From positions 34,903 through 98,902 of the forward strand of contig CAIJPD010000055.1 of the NCBI GenBank assembly GCA_903822495.1: 64,000 bases of DNA, in the 5' to 3' direction. A program made the position numbers and the translations under genes. The stretch comes from an uncultured Chloroflexota bacterium (GTDB taxonomy: Bacteria; Chloroflexota; Limnocylindria; Limnocylindrales; CSP1-4). Positions 30,173-42,968 of this stretch are shown here, one piece after another (within the stretch, counting starts at the first letter, position 1; every line of letters begins with the position of its first letter). Below the pieces are notes generated by a model, which saw only the letters and a program-made list of their open reading frames with translations, ran no database searches and was not told the origin of the DNA.

Positions 30173-31090
30173 ATGCAAGACCGAAGCCACGAACGCCGCG
30201 CGAAGAACGACCCCGCCGGGAGCGGCACTCACCGACGGCCCGGGGACGCCCTGCAGGGGGAGCCTCCGGACCGAGGGCGAGCACCGCTCCCGACGCGCGT
30301 CGACGACCTTCCCCCGCTCCCCCAGGCGTACCACCGCGCCCTCGACGACGGGCTGGCGGTCCTGGGCCTGGAGCTGGACGGCGGAACCCGGCGGTTGATC
30401 GACGATCACGTCCGCCTGCTGCTCGCCTGGAACCCGGCGATCAACCTCACCGCCATCGACGACCCGGCCGACGTCGCCGTCCGCCACGTCCTCGACAGCC
30501 TGACGGCGGTGTCCCTGCTCCGCGCCCGCCGGATCGACCGGCTCGTGGATCTGGGGAGCGGCGGGGGCTTCCCCGGCCTGACGCTGGCGGCGGCGGTGCC
30601 GCTCCGCCGGACGCTGCTCGTGGAGTCCGTCGGGAAGAAGGCGGGGTTCCTGGAGGCCGCGGCGCGGGCCACCGGCCTGGCAGGGGGTCGCGCGGGCGGG
30701 CGCGGCGGCGGGAGCGGCGGTGGCGGGGCGCGGTCCGGCGTCGACGTGGCCGCAGAGCGCCTGGAGACCATCGCCGCGCGGCCGACCGACCGGGGGCGCT
30801 GGCCGGCCGTCAGCGCGCGGGCCGTGGGACCCCTGTCGGACCTCGTGGAGCTGGCGTTCCCACTCCTCCAGCCCGGGGGCGTGCTGATCGCCTGGAAGCG
30901 CGGCGAGATCGACGCCGAGCTGGAGCTGGGCTGGCGCGCCATCGAAGGCATGGGCGGCGGCCGCCTGGAAGTCCTGCCCGTGGAGGTGCCCCAGCTGACC
31001 GGCCACGCCCTGGTCGTGGCGACGCGCACCGGCCAGGTCCCGGCCATGTTCCCGCGCGACCCACGCCTGCGAAAGCGGGAGCCCTGGTGA
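30173..31090 (+). CDS. rsmG: 16S rRNA (guanine527-N7)-methyltransferase RsmG
   Basis: Conserved core LLLAWNPAINLTAI...RHVLDSL...LVDLGSGGGFPGLTLA...LVESVGKKAGFL, with an inserted Gly/Arg tract. The start is uncertain: in-frame ATGs at 30116, 30125 and 30173, and a TTG at 30062. Confidence 0.75.
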   Translation: MQDRSHERRAKNDPAGSGTHRRPGDALQGEPPDRGRAPLPTRVDDLPPLPQAYHRALDDGLAVLGLELDGGTRRLIDDHVRLLLAWNPAINLTAIDDPADVAVRHVLDSLTAVSLLRARRIDRLVDLGSGGGFPGLTLAAAVPLRRTLLVESVGKKAGFLEAAARATGLAGGRAGGRGGGSGGGGARSGVDVAAERLETIAARPTDRGRWPAVSARAVGPLSDLVELAFPLLQPGGVLIAWKRGEIDAELELGWRAIEGMGGGRLEVLPVEVPQLTGHALVVATRTGQVPAMFPRDPRLRKREPW

Positions 31091-31115
31091 GCCCTCGGTT
31101 GCCGGCCACACGCCC

Positions 31116-31856
31116 ATGAGGGTCGCGCTGGTGTCGGACATCCACGCCAACCTCGTGGCCCTGGAGGCCGTGCTGGAGGCACTCGAGTCGAGTCCGCCGG
31201 TCGACGAGATCTGGCACCTCGGCGACGTGGTGGGCTACGGTCCCGATCCCAACGGCGTGGTGGCGCGGCTGGCCTCGCTGGGGGCTCACGGCGTCCGGGG
31301 CAACCACGACGCCGCCGCGTGCGGCGGGCCCGAGATCGAGTGGTTCAACCCGGAGGCGCGCCAGGCCATCGAATGGACCCGCCAGGCCATCTCGGAGACG
31401 ACGCGATCCTGGCTGGCGGCCCTGCCGCAGCGGTCGATCACGGGCGACTTCACGCTGGTTCATGGCAGCCCGCTCGACCCGACCTGGGAGTACGTGACCT
31501 CTGCCCCGGTGGCGGCGGCGAACCTCGCCGCCCTCGCATCGCGCAACGATCGCCACGGCCTGCACGGCCACACCCACGTCCCGGCCGCGTGGCGCGTGGA
31601 AGGCGGGCGGGTGGCCTTCACGGACCCGCGGCACCACCCCATCCTCGCGCTGGACGACCGGCCGGCCCTCCTCAACCCCGGCAGCGTCGGCCAGCCGCGC
31701 GACGGCGACCCGCGCGCCGCCTTCGCGATCCTCGACACCGGCGCCGCGACGATCGAGTGGCGCCGCGCCGGCTACGACATCCCCGCCGTCCAGGCCGCCA
31801 TGGCCGCCGCGGGGCTACCGCATTGGCTGATCACGCGGCTGGCGGCGGGCCACTAG
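31116..31856 (+). CDS. metallophosphoesterase (YfcE/MJ0936-like)
   Basis: Motifs MRVALVSDIHAN, WHLGDVVGYGPDP, VRGNHD, GHTH. Confidence 0.85.
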   Translation: MRVALVSDIHANLVALEAVLEALESSPPVDEIWHLGDVVGYGPDPNGVVARLASLGAHGVRGNHDAAACGGPEIEWFNPEARQAIEWTRQAISETTRSWLAALPQRSITGDFTLVHGSPLDPTWEYVTSAPVAAANLAALASRNDRHGLHGHTHVPAAWRVEGGRVAFTDPRHHPILALDDRPALLNPGSVGQPRDGDPRAAFAILDTGAATIEWRRAGYDIPAVQAAMAAAGLPHWLITRLAAGH

Positions 31857-32047
31857 GCGGCGGGCGCCGGCCATCGCCGACGTTCCCTCCTGTGGGGACC
31901 GATCGCCGGGGAGATGAATCCACCCCGCCTGGCGCCCGCCCGCACCCCGTTGCGCCCGTCCCCACCGCTTGGCGGTGGTATCGTCAGTCCTGCCCAGCGG
32001 CTCCTCCCGGGGCGCGCACCTGACCAGCATCGAGGTCCTGCCCAGCG

Positions 32048-32506
32048 GTGCCCGAGACCCAGACTCCCTCGTTCCGGCGCGCGGTCGTCGCCCTGAACGG
32101 TGGCCGGAGCGACGCCCGGATCACGCGCATCGCCTGCGAGTTGGCCCGGGCCAACCGTGCCGAGCTCGTCGCCGTCCACGTCGTCGAGGTGGGCTGGTCG
32201 CAGCCGCTCGACGCGGACATCGCGGGCCACTCCGACGAGGCCCAGCGCGTGCTGGACTATGCCGAGGAGATCGCCGAGGAGAGCAAGGTCGTCATCGAGC
32301 CGGTCCTCCTGCAAGCCCGAGACGCCGGCCCGGCGCTGGTGGACGAGGCGCTTGAGCGCGACGCGGACCTCCTCATCCTGGGCCTCCCGTATCGCAAGAA
32401 GTTCGGCGGCGAGTTCGTCATCGGCCGCACCATCCCGTACGTCCTCAAGAACGCGCCGTGCGCGGTCTGGGTCGTGCGCGAGCCCATCCCGGAGGGAGCG
32501 TCGTGA
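32048..32506 (+). CDS. universal stress protein (UspA family)
   Basis: 152 aa with AVVALNGGRSD..., DLLILGLPYRKKFGGEFVIGRTIPYVLKNAPCAVWVV. The stop overlaps the next start. Confidence 0.8.
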   Translation: MPETQTPSFRRAVVALNGGRSDARITRIACELARANRAELVAVHVVEVGWSQPLDADIAGHSDEAQRVLDYAEEIAEESKVVIEPVLLQARDAGPALVDEALERDADLLILGLPYRKKFGGEFVIGRTIPYVLKNAPCAVWVVREPIPEGAS

Positions 32507-33048
32507 AGATCGTGATCGTGGGCTGCGGCCGGGTTGGGGCCGCGCTCGCCGAGAGCTATGACGCGGCCGGCCACCAGGTGGTCATCCTGGACATCAGCAC
32601 CAGGGCCTTTGGACGGCTGGCCGGCACCTTCCGCGGGAGCGCGGTCCGGGGCGACGGCACGGACGAGGACACGCTGCGCCGCGTGGGCGCCGAGAACGCC
32701 GACGTCTTCCTGTCCCTCACCGAGGGCGACAACCGCAACGTGATGGCCGCGCAGGTCGCCGCCGAAGGGCTGGGCGCCAAGCGGGTGATCGCCAAGATCA
32801 ACGACCCGGTTCGTGCCGCCGCCTACGCGGAGCTGGGCCTGACGACCCTCTGTCGAACCACGCTGCTCGCCGACGCGGTGAGCGCCCACCTCGGCCTGCC
32901 GGTCTCCGGCCAGTCGGGCATCCGCGCCAGCAGCGGGAGCCACGCCGGCCACGGTCACGAGCTGCACCAGATGTACCAGGGCGGCTCGGGCGAGACGAAC
33001 GGGGAGACCGGGGCGGCGGCCGGCGACACCACCAGCCGGGAGGCCTGA
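32503..33048 (+). CDS. trkA: TrkA-N (RCK, NAD-binding) domain protein, CeoB-like
   Basis: GTG at 32503 (GTGA overlap with usp). Rossmann motif VKIVIVGCGRVGAALA. Confidence 0.8.
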   Translation: MKIVIVGCGRVGAALAESYDAAGHQVVILDISTRAFGRLAGTFRGSAVRGDGTDEDTLRRVGAENADVFLSLTEGDNRNVMAAQVAAEGLGAKRVIAKINDPVRAAAYAELGLTTLCRTTLLADAVSAHLGLPVSGQSGIRASSGSHAGHGHELHQMYQGGSGETNGETGAAAGDTTSREA

Positions 33049-33051
33049 GCG

Positions 33052-33738
33052 ATGTTCATCCTGGTCGTGGGTGGCGGGAAGGTCGGCTACTACCTCGCCA
33101 AGGAGCTGATCGAGAACGGCCACGAGGTCGTGATCATGGAGAAGGATCGCAGCCGGGCGGACCAGATCACCGACGAGCTGGGCTCGATCGTCATCTCGGC
33201 GGACGGCTGCGAGGGCACCTCGCTGGGCAAGGCCGGCTGCGCGCGGGCGGACATCGTGGCCGCGGTGACGGGCGACGACGAGGACAACCTTGTCATCTGC
33301 CAGATGGCCAAGCACCACTTCGACGTGCCGCGGACCATCGCGCGGGTAAACAACCCCAAGAATGAGGAGCTCTTCCGCCACCTCGGCGTCGACGAGCTGG
33401 CCAGCCCCACCCGGATGATCCTGGGCACCATCGAGCAGGACATCCCGGTCCAGGAGCTGCTCCACCTGGCCACCCTCGGCGAGGGCCGGCTGGAGCTGAT
33501 CGAGGCGCACCTGCAGGCCGACTCGCCGGCCGTCGGCAGGACGCCAAGCCAGCTGGCGATACCCGATGGCTGCGCGCTCTTCGGCGTCATCCGTGGTGGC
33601 GTGGCCGTGCCCCTGGCGCCCGACATGGCGCTGCGCGAGAGCGACAAGGTGATCGCGATCGGCAACAAGGCGTGCGAGAGAGCGCTCCACCGCCTGCTCA
33701 TCGGAGCGACGGGGACCGAAGGAGAGGCGGGAGCCTGA
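33052..33738 (+). CDS. trkA: TrkA family K+ transport regulatory protein (RCK N+C), CeoC-like
   Basis: Motif MFILVVGGGKVGYYLAKEL plus a TrkA-C segment (LELIEAHLQADSPAVGRTPSQLAIPDGCALFGVIRGG). No trkH/ktrB gene is present in the window. Confidence 0.85.
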   Translation: MFILVVGGGKVGYYLAKELIENGHEVVIMEKDRSRADQITDELGSIVISADGCEGTSLGKAGCARADIVAAVTGDDEDNLVICQMAKHHFDVPRTIARVNNPKNEELFRHLGVDELASPTRMILGTIEQDIPVQELLHLATLGEGRLELIEAHLQADSPAVGRTPSQLAIPDGCALFGVIRGGVAVPLAPDMALRESDKVIAIGNKACERALHRLLIGATGTEGEAGA

Positions 33739-33954
33739 CTCCGCGCGACTCCTGACCTGACTCCCCGCGCTCGGGGGCAGGAAGCCAGGGGCCGCGCCCC
33801 GAGGCATTGACCGCGCGGTGAGGCCGCCGGACGTCCCTGCCCGCCCGGCTGAGGTCAGCCTGTCCGGGCACGCGGTCGGTCGGATCCGGGCCCACCCTGC
33901 GACGTCAGGCCACGACGGCCGGACCTCGATATAGAATTCCTTACACTCCCCTCT

Positions 33955-33985
33955 CTTGACAATGGGATTGTCAGGCTTCTAGCAT
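33955..33985 (+). promoter_or_regulatory. HAIR-like HspR operator overlapping a sigma-70-type promoter
   Basis: CTTGACA-N7-TGTCAGG (33955-33975). The arms are 6/7 self-complementary and retain the outer CTTGA...TCA(A/G)G of the HAIR consensus CTTGAGT-N7-ACTCAAG. TTGACA (33956-33961), 18-nt spacer, TAGCAT (33980-33985). The region is locally AT-rich. Confidence 0.55.
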
Positions 33986-34061
33986 CCCCTTATGACCTTC
34001 CTCCGGACGAGCGGCGCCCACGGCGCGGGCAACCACGCCTTCTGGATGGGGGGCTGACGCC

Positions 34062-34487
34062 ATGGCACTCCGTCGGCCGGATGATCGGGATCCGCTGCGA
34101 CCCGTCTACGTCATCAGCGTGGCGGCCAGCCTCCTGAGCGTTCATCCGCGGACGCTGCGCATCTACGAGGACGAAGGGCTGGTCTGTCCGGCCCGGACGC
34201 CCACCAACATTCGTCTCTACTCAGAGCAGGACATCCGGCGGGTCCTGTGGATCCGCCACCTCACCCAGAACCTCGGCGTCAACCTGGCCGGGGTCCGCAT
34301 CCTCTTCGAGCTCGAGGAGCGCCTCGGCACCCGGATCCTCGAGGCCCTCTACGACGAGGGCGTCGCGGCCGGCCTGTGCACCACGGACTCGGAGCCCGAC
34401 ATCGGGGCCGGCGCGGGGCCGGAGGCCGGCACCACGGCCGCGCCACCGGGTACCACGGCCACGCGGAACGGCGGCGCGACGGGATGA
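34062..34487 (+). CDS. hspR: MerR-family heat-shock repressor HspR
   Basis: PVYVISVAASLLSVHPRTLRIYEDEGLVCPARTPTNIRLYSEQDIRRVLWIRHLTQNLGVNLAGV, a MerR HTH of HspR type. The context with lon, a J protein and clpB supports the call. Confidence 0.85.
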   Translation: MALRRPDDRDPLRPVYVISVAASLLSVHPRTLRIYEDEGLVCPARTPTNIRLYSEQDIRRVLWIRHLTQNLGVNLAGVRILFELEERLGTRILEALYDEGVAAGLCTTDSEPDIGAGAGPEAGTTAAPPGTTATRNGGATG

Positions 34488-34688
34488 CCGCCCGCCTCGC
34501 CTGACGATCGCCAACTCCCTGCCGGGGCCCACGCCCTGCCAACCGCCCTCATCTCAACCGAATCATTCAAACGCGAGACCAGAAACCAGTCCAAACCCCA
34601 AGCGCGACGGAGCGGACGCTCCACCGACAATCCACCCACGAGGACCCACCATCACCGTCCCGGTGCGCCGGGGCACAAGGAGACACCA

Positions 34689-37157
<2,469 letters not shown>

Positions 37158-37297
37158 CGGAGGAGAAGCACACAGTGACCGTCCAGACGAGTCGCGGGGA
37201 AGGCGGCCGAGAGGACCGGAGCGAGCGCACTCGGACGTGCGTGAGCGAGGACCACAGCGGCCAACGCCCCCCGCGGCCGTCTGGCGGGCGCTGAACC

Positions 37298-38476
37298 ATG
37301 GACATCCGGGACTACTACAAGACCCTCGGCGTGGGGCGGACGGCGACCCAGGCCGAGATCAAGAAGGCCTTCCGCAAGCTCGCCCGCGAGCATCACCCTG
37401 ATGCCAAGCCGGGCGACAAGGGTGCCGAACAGCGATTCAAGGAGATCAACGAGGCCAACGAGGTCCTGTCGGACCCGGCCAAGCGCGAGAAGTACGACCG
37501 GTTCGGCAAGGACTGGGAGGCGTACTCGCGCGCCGGCGCGACCACGGGCCGGCGCGCGAGCGGCGGCCCCGGCGACCCGTTCGGTCCCGGTGGGCCGTTT
37601 GCTGGCTACTCCGGGTTCGGCGGCGCAGGCGGGCCGGGCGGCGGCGCACGCTACGACTTCCGCACGGCTGGCGGCGACGCCGGCGGGGGGGACTTCTCGG
37701 ACTTCTTCCGGATGATGTTCGGCGGCGATGCCGGCGCTTCCGGCGATGCGGCGGGCCGTGGCGCCGGGGCCGGATCGGGCCGCCAGGGCCGCGGGCGCGG
37801 CGGGGCGAGTGGGGCGAGTGGGGCGAGTGGGGCGAGTGGGGCGAGTGGGGCGAGTGGGGCGAGTGGCTCGTTCGAGGACGTGCTCTCGGGCATGGGCAGC
37901 GGCGGCTTCGGGTCGTTCGGTGGTGGACGGGGACAGGGTGGCGCGCGCGGCGGTAACGCGGCACCGTCGGCCCCCGCTCCCGTCGAGGCCAACGCGGAGC
38001 TGGTCCTCGAGGAGGCGTTCCACGGCACCACCCGGATCCTGGAGATCGGCGACCGGCGGCTCGAGGTGAGCATCCCGGCCGGCGTCGACACCGGCAGCCG
38101 GGTCAAGCTCACCGGCAAGGGACCCGACGGCCGGGACCTGGTGGTGGTGGTCCAGGTGCGGCCCAACGGCGTCTTCACCCGGCGCGGCGCGGACCTGGAG
38201 CGCGAGATCCCCATCACCCTCGGCGAGGCGCTCCTGGGCGGCGAGGTTCCGGTGGGCACCCTCAAGGGCCGCGTGCTGCTGACGCTCCCGCCGGGGACCC
38301 AGAACGGCAAGACCTTTCGACTCAGCAAGCAGGGCATGCCCCGCCTCAAGGGCGACGGTCCAGGCGACCTGTACGTCCGGATCCGGGTGGTCCTGCCCAC
38401 CCATCTGCCGGAAGAGGCCCGCGCATCGGCGGAAGCCTTCCTGGCCCTGGCCAACCAACCCGACCCGCGGGCCTGA
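37298..38476 (+). CDS. J-domain co-chaperone (DnaJ/CbpA class, no zinc-finger domain)
   Basis: The J domain reads DYYKTLGV...HHPD...[20 protein letters not shown], followed by a G/F-rich region and DnaJ C-terminal domains. There are no CxxCxGxG repeats. Confidence 0.9.
   Translation: MDIRDYYKTLGVGRTATQAEIKKAFRKLAREHHPDAKPGDKGAEQRFKEINEANEVLSDPAKREKYDRFGKDWEAYSRAGATTGRRASGGPGDPFGPGGPFAGYSGFGGAGGPGGGARYDFRTAGGDAGGGDFSDFFRMMFGGDAGASGDAAGRGAGAGSGRQGRGRGGASGASGASGASGASGASGASGSFEDVLSGMGSGGFGSFGGGRGQGGARGGNAAPSAPAPVEANAELVLEEAFHGTTRILEIGDRRLEVSIPAGVDTGSRVKLTGKGPDGRDLVVVVQVRPNGVFTRRGADLEREIPITLGEALLGGEVPVGTLKGRVLLTLPPGTQNGKTFRLSKQGMPRLKGDGPGDLYVRIRVVLPTHLPEEARASAEAFLALANQPDPRA
37802..37864 (+). repeat. 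in-frame 9-bp x7 perfect tandem repeat (GAS)7
   Basis: ggggcgagt repeated seven times, codon-aligned with the J-protein frame. Confidence 0.9.
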
Positions 38477-38513
38477 CGCCCGCCGCACACACACGAACGA
38501 AGCGAGGCTGACC

Positions 38514-41285
38514 ATGCAGCTGGACAAGTTCACCGAGAAGGCCCAGGCGGCCGTGGTGGCCGCCCAACAGCTCGCCGAGCGATTGGCGAGCCCCGTGCTG
38601 GACGCGGAGCACCTGCTCGCCGCCCTCCTCGAGCCCGATGACGGCGTTCCCGCCGAGACGCTCCGACGGCTGGGCGCCGACCTGCCCGCCGTCCGCGGAG
38701 AGCTGGCCGCCCTCCTGGCGAAGCGGGCCCGCATCCAGGGCGGCTCCCTGGCCCTGGACCCGCGCACCAAGCGGATGCTGGAGCGCGCCCAGGAAGAAGC
38801 CCGCCGCCTGGTCGACGAGTACGTCTCCACCGAGCACCTGCTCCTTGGCGCCCTGGAGGTGGGCGGCGAGGGGCAGCGCCTGCTGGAGCGCCACGGCGCC
38901 GGCAAGGAGGCCATCCTCCAGGCCCTCGCCTCCGTGCGCGGCGGCCAGCGGGTCACCTCCGCCAACCCCGAGAACACCTACCAGGCGCTGGAGAAGTACG
39001 GGCGCGACCTCACGGCGGAGGCGCGTGCCGGCAGGCTGGACCCCGTGATCGGACGCGACGACGAGATCCGTCGGGTCATGCAGGTCCTGTCGCGGCGGAC
39101 CAAGAACAACCCGGTGCTGATCGGCGAGCCGGGCGTCGGCAAGACCGCCATCGCGGAGGGGCTCGCCCAGCGGATCGTCCGCGGCGACGTCCCGGAGACG
39201 CTCAAGGGCAAGCGCGTCGTCTCGCTGGACCTGGGCGCGCTCATCGCCGGCGCCAAGTTCCGCGGCGAGTTCGAGGAGCGGCTCAAGGCCGTCCTCAAGG
39301 AGGTCAAGGACGCCGACGGGCAGGTCATCCTGTTCATCGACGAGCTCCACACCGTGGTCGGCGCGGGCGCGGCCGAAGGCGCCATGGACGCCTCCAATCT
39401 GCTCAAGCCCATGCTCGCCCGCGGCGAGCTGCACACCATCGGCGCGACGACACTCGACGAGTACCGCAAGCACATCGAGAAGGACGCCGCCCTGGAGCGC
39501 CGCTTCCAGCCGGTGCTCGTGGACCAGCCGTCGGTCGAGGAGACCATCTCCATCCTGCGCGGCCTGCGCGAGCGCTACGAAGTGCACCATGGCGTCCGGA
39601 TCACGGACTCCGCCCTGGTCGCGGCGGCCACGCTGTCCAACCGCTACATCACCGAGCGCTTCCTCCCCGACAAGGCCATCGACCTGGTGGACGAATCCGC
39701 CAGCCGCCTCCGGATGGAGATCGATTCCATGCCGATCGCGCTGGACGAGCTGGAGCGGCGCCGGGTCCAGCTGCAGATCGAGCGCGAGGCGCTCCGCAAG
39801 GAGACCGACGAGGCCTCGAAGGCCCGCCTGGAGTCGCTCGAGAAGGAGCTGGCCGAGATCGCCGAGCAGGCCGGCGCCATGAAGCAGCGTTGGGAGGCCG
39901 AGAAGTCCGCCATCACGGCCCTGCGCGCCACCAAGTCGGAGCTGGAGCAGCTCCAGGTCCGGATCGAGCAGGCCGAGCGCGAGCTGGACTACGGGCGGGC
40001 CGCCCAGCTCAAGTACGGCACCCAGCGCGACCTTGCCGAGCGCCAGAAGGAGCAGGAGGCGGCCATTGCCGCCCTCCAGGGCCCTGGGTCGCTCCTCAAG
40101 GAGGAGGTCACGGCGGACGACATCGCCGAGATCGTCTCGAAGTGGACCGGCGTGCCGGTCACCCGCATGCTGGAGGGCGAGTCGGCCAAGCTGATGAAGA
40201 TGGAGGAGCGCCTCCACGACCGGGTCATCGGCCAGGACGAGGCCATCGCCGCGGTCTCCGACGCGGTCCGCCGCGCGCGGGCCGGCCTGAAGGACCCACG
40301 CCGGCCCATCGGCAGCTTCCTCTTCCTGGGGCCCACCGGCGTCGGGAAGACCGAGTTGGCCCGGGCGCTCGCCCAGTTCATCTTCGACGACGAGGCCGCC
40401 ATGGTCCGCATCGACATGAGCGAGTACATGGAGAAGTTCGCCGTCTCGCGGCTGGTGGGGGCGCCTCCCGGCTACGTGGGCTACGAGGAGGGTGGCCAGC
40501 TGACCGAGGCGGTCCGCCGGCGGCCGTACCAGGTGGTCCTGCTCGACGAGATCGAGAAGGCGCACCCGGACGTCTTCAACGTCTTGCTCCAGGTCCTCGA
40601 CGACGGCCGCCTGACGGATTCGCAGGGCCGGACCGTGGACTTCAAGAACACCGTCGTGATCATGACCAGCAACATCGGCTCCCAGGTGATCTCCGGCTTC
40701 GCCGGCCGAACCGACGAGGCCGCGGCCTACGAGGCGATGAAGCGCCAGGTGACCGAGGCGCTCCGGGCGCAGCTCCGGCCGGAGTTCCTCAACCGGATCG
40801 ACGAGGTCATCGTCTTCCACGCACTGACCGGGGCCGAGCTGACCCGGATCGTGGACCTCCTGATCATCGACCTGCAGGGGCGGCTGGTGAGCCAGGACCT
40901 GGTCCTGGAGCTGACGCCGGCGGCCCGGGCGCTGATCGTCCGCGAGGGGACGGACCTGGCCTACGGGGCCCGGCCGCTCAAGCGGACCATCCAGCGCCTG
41001 GTGGAGAACCCGTTCGCGCGGGCGCTGGTCGGCGGCGAGTTCCGCCCCAGCGACCGGATCGTGGCCGACGCGGACCCGGTCTCGGGCACGCTGGTCTTCA
41101 CCTCCGAGCGCTCGACGGTGGTCGCGGACGCGGCCGACCGACGCGACGCCCGGAGCGCGGGCGGTGAGCCGGGAGCCGGGGGGCTCGCCGGCGCGGGGGC
41201 GAGGGGCGGCGGTGGGCGCCGCGGCCCGCTGGACCTGCCGCCGGTGACGCCGTCGAAGCCGGACGGCGGGGACCGGCCCAACTGA
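38514..41285 (+). CDS. clpB: ATP-dependent chaperone/disaggregase ClpB
   Basis: 923 aa. Contains a Clp N-domain, two AAA modules ([22 protein letters not shown]) and a coiled-coil middle domain. A Gly/Arg-rich C-terminal tail follows. Confidence 0.95.
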   Translation: MQLDKFTEKAQAAVVAAQQLAERLASPVLDAEHLLAALLEPDDGVPAETLRRLGADLPAVRGELAALLAKRARIQGGSLALDPRTKRMLERAQEEARRLVDEYVSTEHLLLGALEVGGEGQRLLERHGAGKEAILQALASVRGGQRVTSANPENTYQALEKYGRDLTAEARAGRLDPVIGRDDEIRRVMQVLSRRTKNNPVLIGEPGVGKTAIAEGLAQRIVRGDVPETLKGKRVVSLDLGALIAGAKFRGEFEERLKAVLKEVKDADGQVILFIDELHTVVGAGAAEGAMDASNLLKPMLARGELHTIGATTLDEYRKHIEKDAALERRFQPVLVDQPSVEETISILRGLRERYEVHHGVRITDSALVAAATLSNRYITERFLPDKAIDLVDESASRLRMEIDSMPIALDELERRRVQLQIEREALRKETDEASKARLESLEKELAEIAEQAGAMKQRWEAEKSAITALRATKSELEQLQVRIEQAERELDYGRAAQLKYGTQRDLAERQKEQEAAIAALQGPGSLLKEEVTADDIAEIVSKWTGVPVTRMLEGESAKLMKMEERLHDRVIGQDEAIAAVSDAVRRARAGLKDPRRPIGSFLFLGPTGVGKTELARALAQFIFDDEAAMVRIDMSEYMEKFAVSRLVGAPPGYVGYEEGGQLTEAVRRRPYQVVLLDEIEKAHPDVFNVLLQVLDDGRLTDSQGRTVDFKNTVVIMTSNIGSQVISGFAGRTDEAAAYEAMKRQVTEALRAQLRPEFLNRIDEVIVFHALTGAELTRIVDLLIIDLQGRLVSQDLVLELTPAARALIVREGTDLAYGARPLKRTIQRLVENPFARALVGGEFRPSDRIVADADPVSGTLVFTSERSTVVADAADRRDARSAGGEPGAGGLAGAGARGGGGRRGPLDLPPVTPSKPDGGDRPN

Positions 41286-41384
41286 CCACGGATCTCGGCG
41301 CGGACGGTTCGGCGCCGGCGTTCGGTCCCAACGGGCCGCGGCAGCTCCGGACTCCTGGCGGCCGCCGCGGCCGCCGCTCGGCGC

Positions 41385-41578
41385 TCCTTACCCACCGGTA
41401 TGAAACGGCACGGTTCGGGCCCGCCGCGACCTTGTGCCCGTGGCCTGGAGGCCGAAAGGTGTCCAGCCCATACGGACGGGTATGACATCGACCGGTCCGA
41501 ACCCCAGGCAGGCCAGCCGGGTTCGTCCGCGTTCGCCCGGGCGCTCCGGGGCGACCGCTTCATACGCCACGGTATGAA
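41385..41578. promoter_or_regulatory. three related AT-cored inverted repeats (operator- or hairpin-like)
   Basis: TCCTTAC-N6-GTATGAA (41385-41404), CCCATAC-N6-GTATGAC (41467-41486), TTCATAC-N6-GTATGAA (41559-41578). Centres are 82 and 92 bp apart, in the clpB-NUDIX intergenic region. Confidence 0.45.
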
Positions 41579-41625
41579 CCGTCCGGGCAACGGCGCCGCG
41601 CTTTGAACCTCGGCGCCGACGGGCC

Positions 41626-42348
41626 TTGCGTTCCCGCCGTATCGTGCCCGGCGTGAAGTACTCCGAGGCAGTCGCCCGCCTGGCCACGCTCCCGACGGTC
41701 CTGCCGGCGTCGTACCCCGTGCTCCGCCCCATGCGGATCGGCGAGGACGGCGAGACGCACGCCACCGAGACGCTCAACGACCGGATGCAGCCGGGCGTCG
41801 GCGGCCCGGGCGAGGGCGGCACCGGCGTGGCCCCGGGCGTGGGCCGGCCGGCGTGCGTCCTGGTCCTCATCACACCGGGCGAGGACGGGGACGCGCACGT
41901 CATCCTCACCGAGCGGGTCGCGCGGGGCAATCGACCCCATTCGGGCGAGATCAGCTTCCCGGGCGGCGTGGTGGAGCCGGAGGACGTCGACGCCGCGGCC
42001 ACCGCGCTCCGCGAGGCGCAGGAAGAGGTGGGGCTGGACGCCGAAGCCGCCGGGGTCCGCGTGATCGGGTTGCTCGACCTCTTCTACATCCCGGTGTCGG
42101 GCTTCGCGGTGACGCCCGTCCTGGCGATCGCCGAGCGGCGGCCCCTCCTGGTCGCCTCCCCGGCCGAGGTGGCCCGCATCCTGGAGGCACCCATCCGGCA
42201 CTTCCTGCCCGGCGCGCCCATCGAGGTGCACGAGCGCCCCATGCAGGACTGGCGCCTCCGCTACGGCGCCTTCCGCGTGGAGGAGGTCGTGGTCTGGGGC
42301 GCGACGGCCCGCATCCTGGGCCAGCTGGGCGCGCTCCTCGGCGACTGA
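41626..42348 (+). CDS. NUDIX hydrolase (CoA pyrophosphatase-like)
   Basis: Nudix box GGVVEPEDVDAAATALREAQEEVGL preceded by SFPGG. The track start is TTG, so the start is uncertain. Confidence 0.8.
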   Translation: MRSRRIVPGVKYSEAVARLATLPTVLPASYPVLRPMRIGEDGETHATETLNDRMQPGVGGPGEGGTGVAPGVGRPACVLVLITPGEDGDAHVILTERVARGNRPHSGEISFPGGVVEPEDVDAAATALREAQEEVGLDAEAAGVRVIGLLDLFYIPVSGFAVTPVLAIAERRPLLVASPAEVARILEAPIRHFLPGAPIEVHERPMQDWRLRYGAFRVEEVVVWGATARILGQLGALLGD

Positions 42349-42381
42349 TCGAACCGACGCAAGGCGAATCCGGATGGTGGG

Positions 42382-42966
42382 GTGATGAGGACGACCGCCC
42401 GCGACCGAGATCCTGCCGGGCGTCCCGATGGGCCGCTGTCCCGCGTGCCGGCGCTCGGCCGCGGGATGCTGCGGCCCGGGGTCGTGTACCTCGCGTTGTG
42501 CATCTTCGCGGTCGTCGTGTCGTATGGCTGGCTGGCGCTGGCAGAAGGCCAGGAGCCCGGCGACGTCCCGGCGGCCGTCGTCGACTCGCTCGCCCGCTTT
42601 GGGCCGGTCTCGCTGGCCGTCGTGGTCCTCCTGTTCTTCCCGGCCATGGTGATCAGCGTCGAGCTGGTGCACCGGGCCGGTGCGACACGCCTGGCACGAT
42701 CCCTTGTCTGCGCGCTGACCTGGAGCGGCTGGCTCGCCTTCATCGCGGTCGACGGCGCCGTGCTGAGCCACCTGTTCATGCGCCTGGACTGGATCTTCAT
42801 GCTGACCGTCTTCGTCGCGGCGGTGGGCGCCGGCTACGCGGCCATCGCCTTCAGGGGCACCGGGGCCCGCGCCGGCTGGGGCGCCCTCATCCTTTCGGTC
42901 GTCTGTGTGGCGCTCATCCTCATCGGCGGCGCGTGGATGGCCGGTCGCTGGGTTGGCGCCGCCTGA
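42382..42966 (+). CDS. hypothetical membrane protein
   Basis: 194 aa with about 5 hydrophobic segments. I recognise no family. Start could be the GTG at 42382 or the ATG at 42385. Confidence 0.5.
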   Translation: MMRTTARDRDPAGRPDGPLSRVPALGRGMLRPGVVYLALCIFAVVVSYGWLALAEGQEPGDVPAAVVDSLARFGPVSLAVVVLLFFPAMVISVELVHRAGATRLARSLVCALTWSGWLAFIAVDGAVLSHLFMRLDWIFMLTVFVAAVGAGYAAIAFRGTGARAGWGALILSVVCVALILIGGAWMAGRWVGAA

Positions 42967-42968
42967 TT

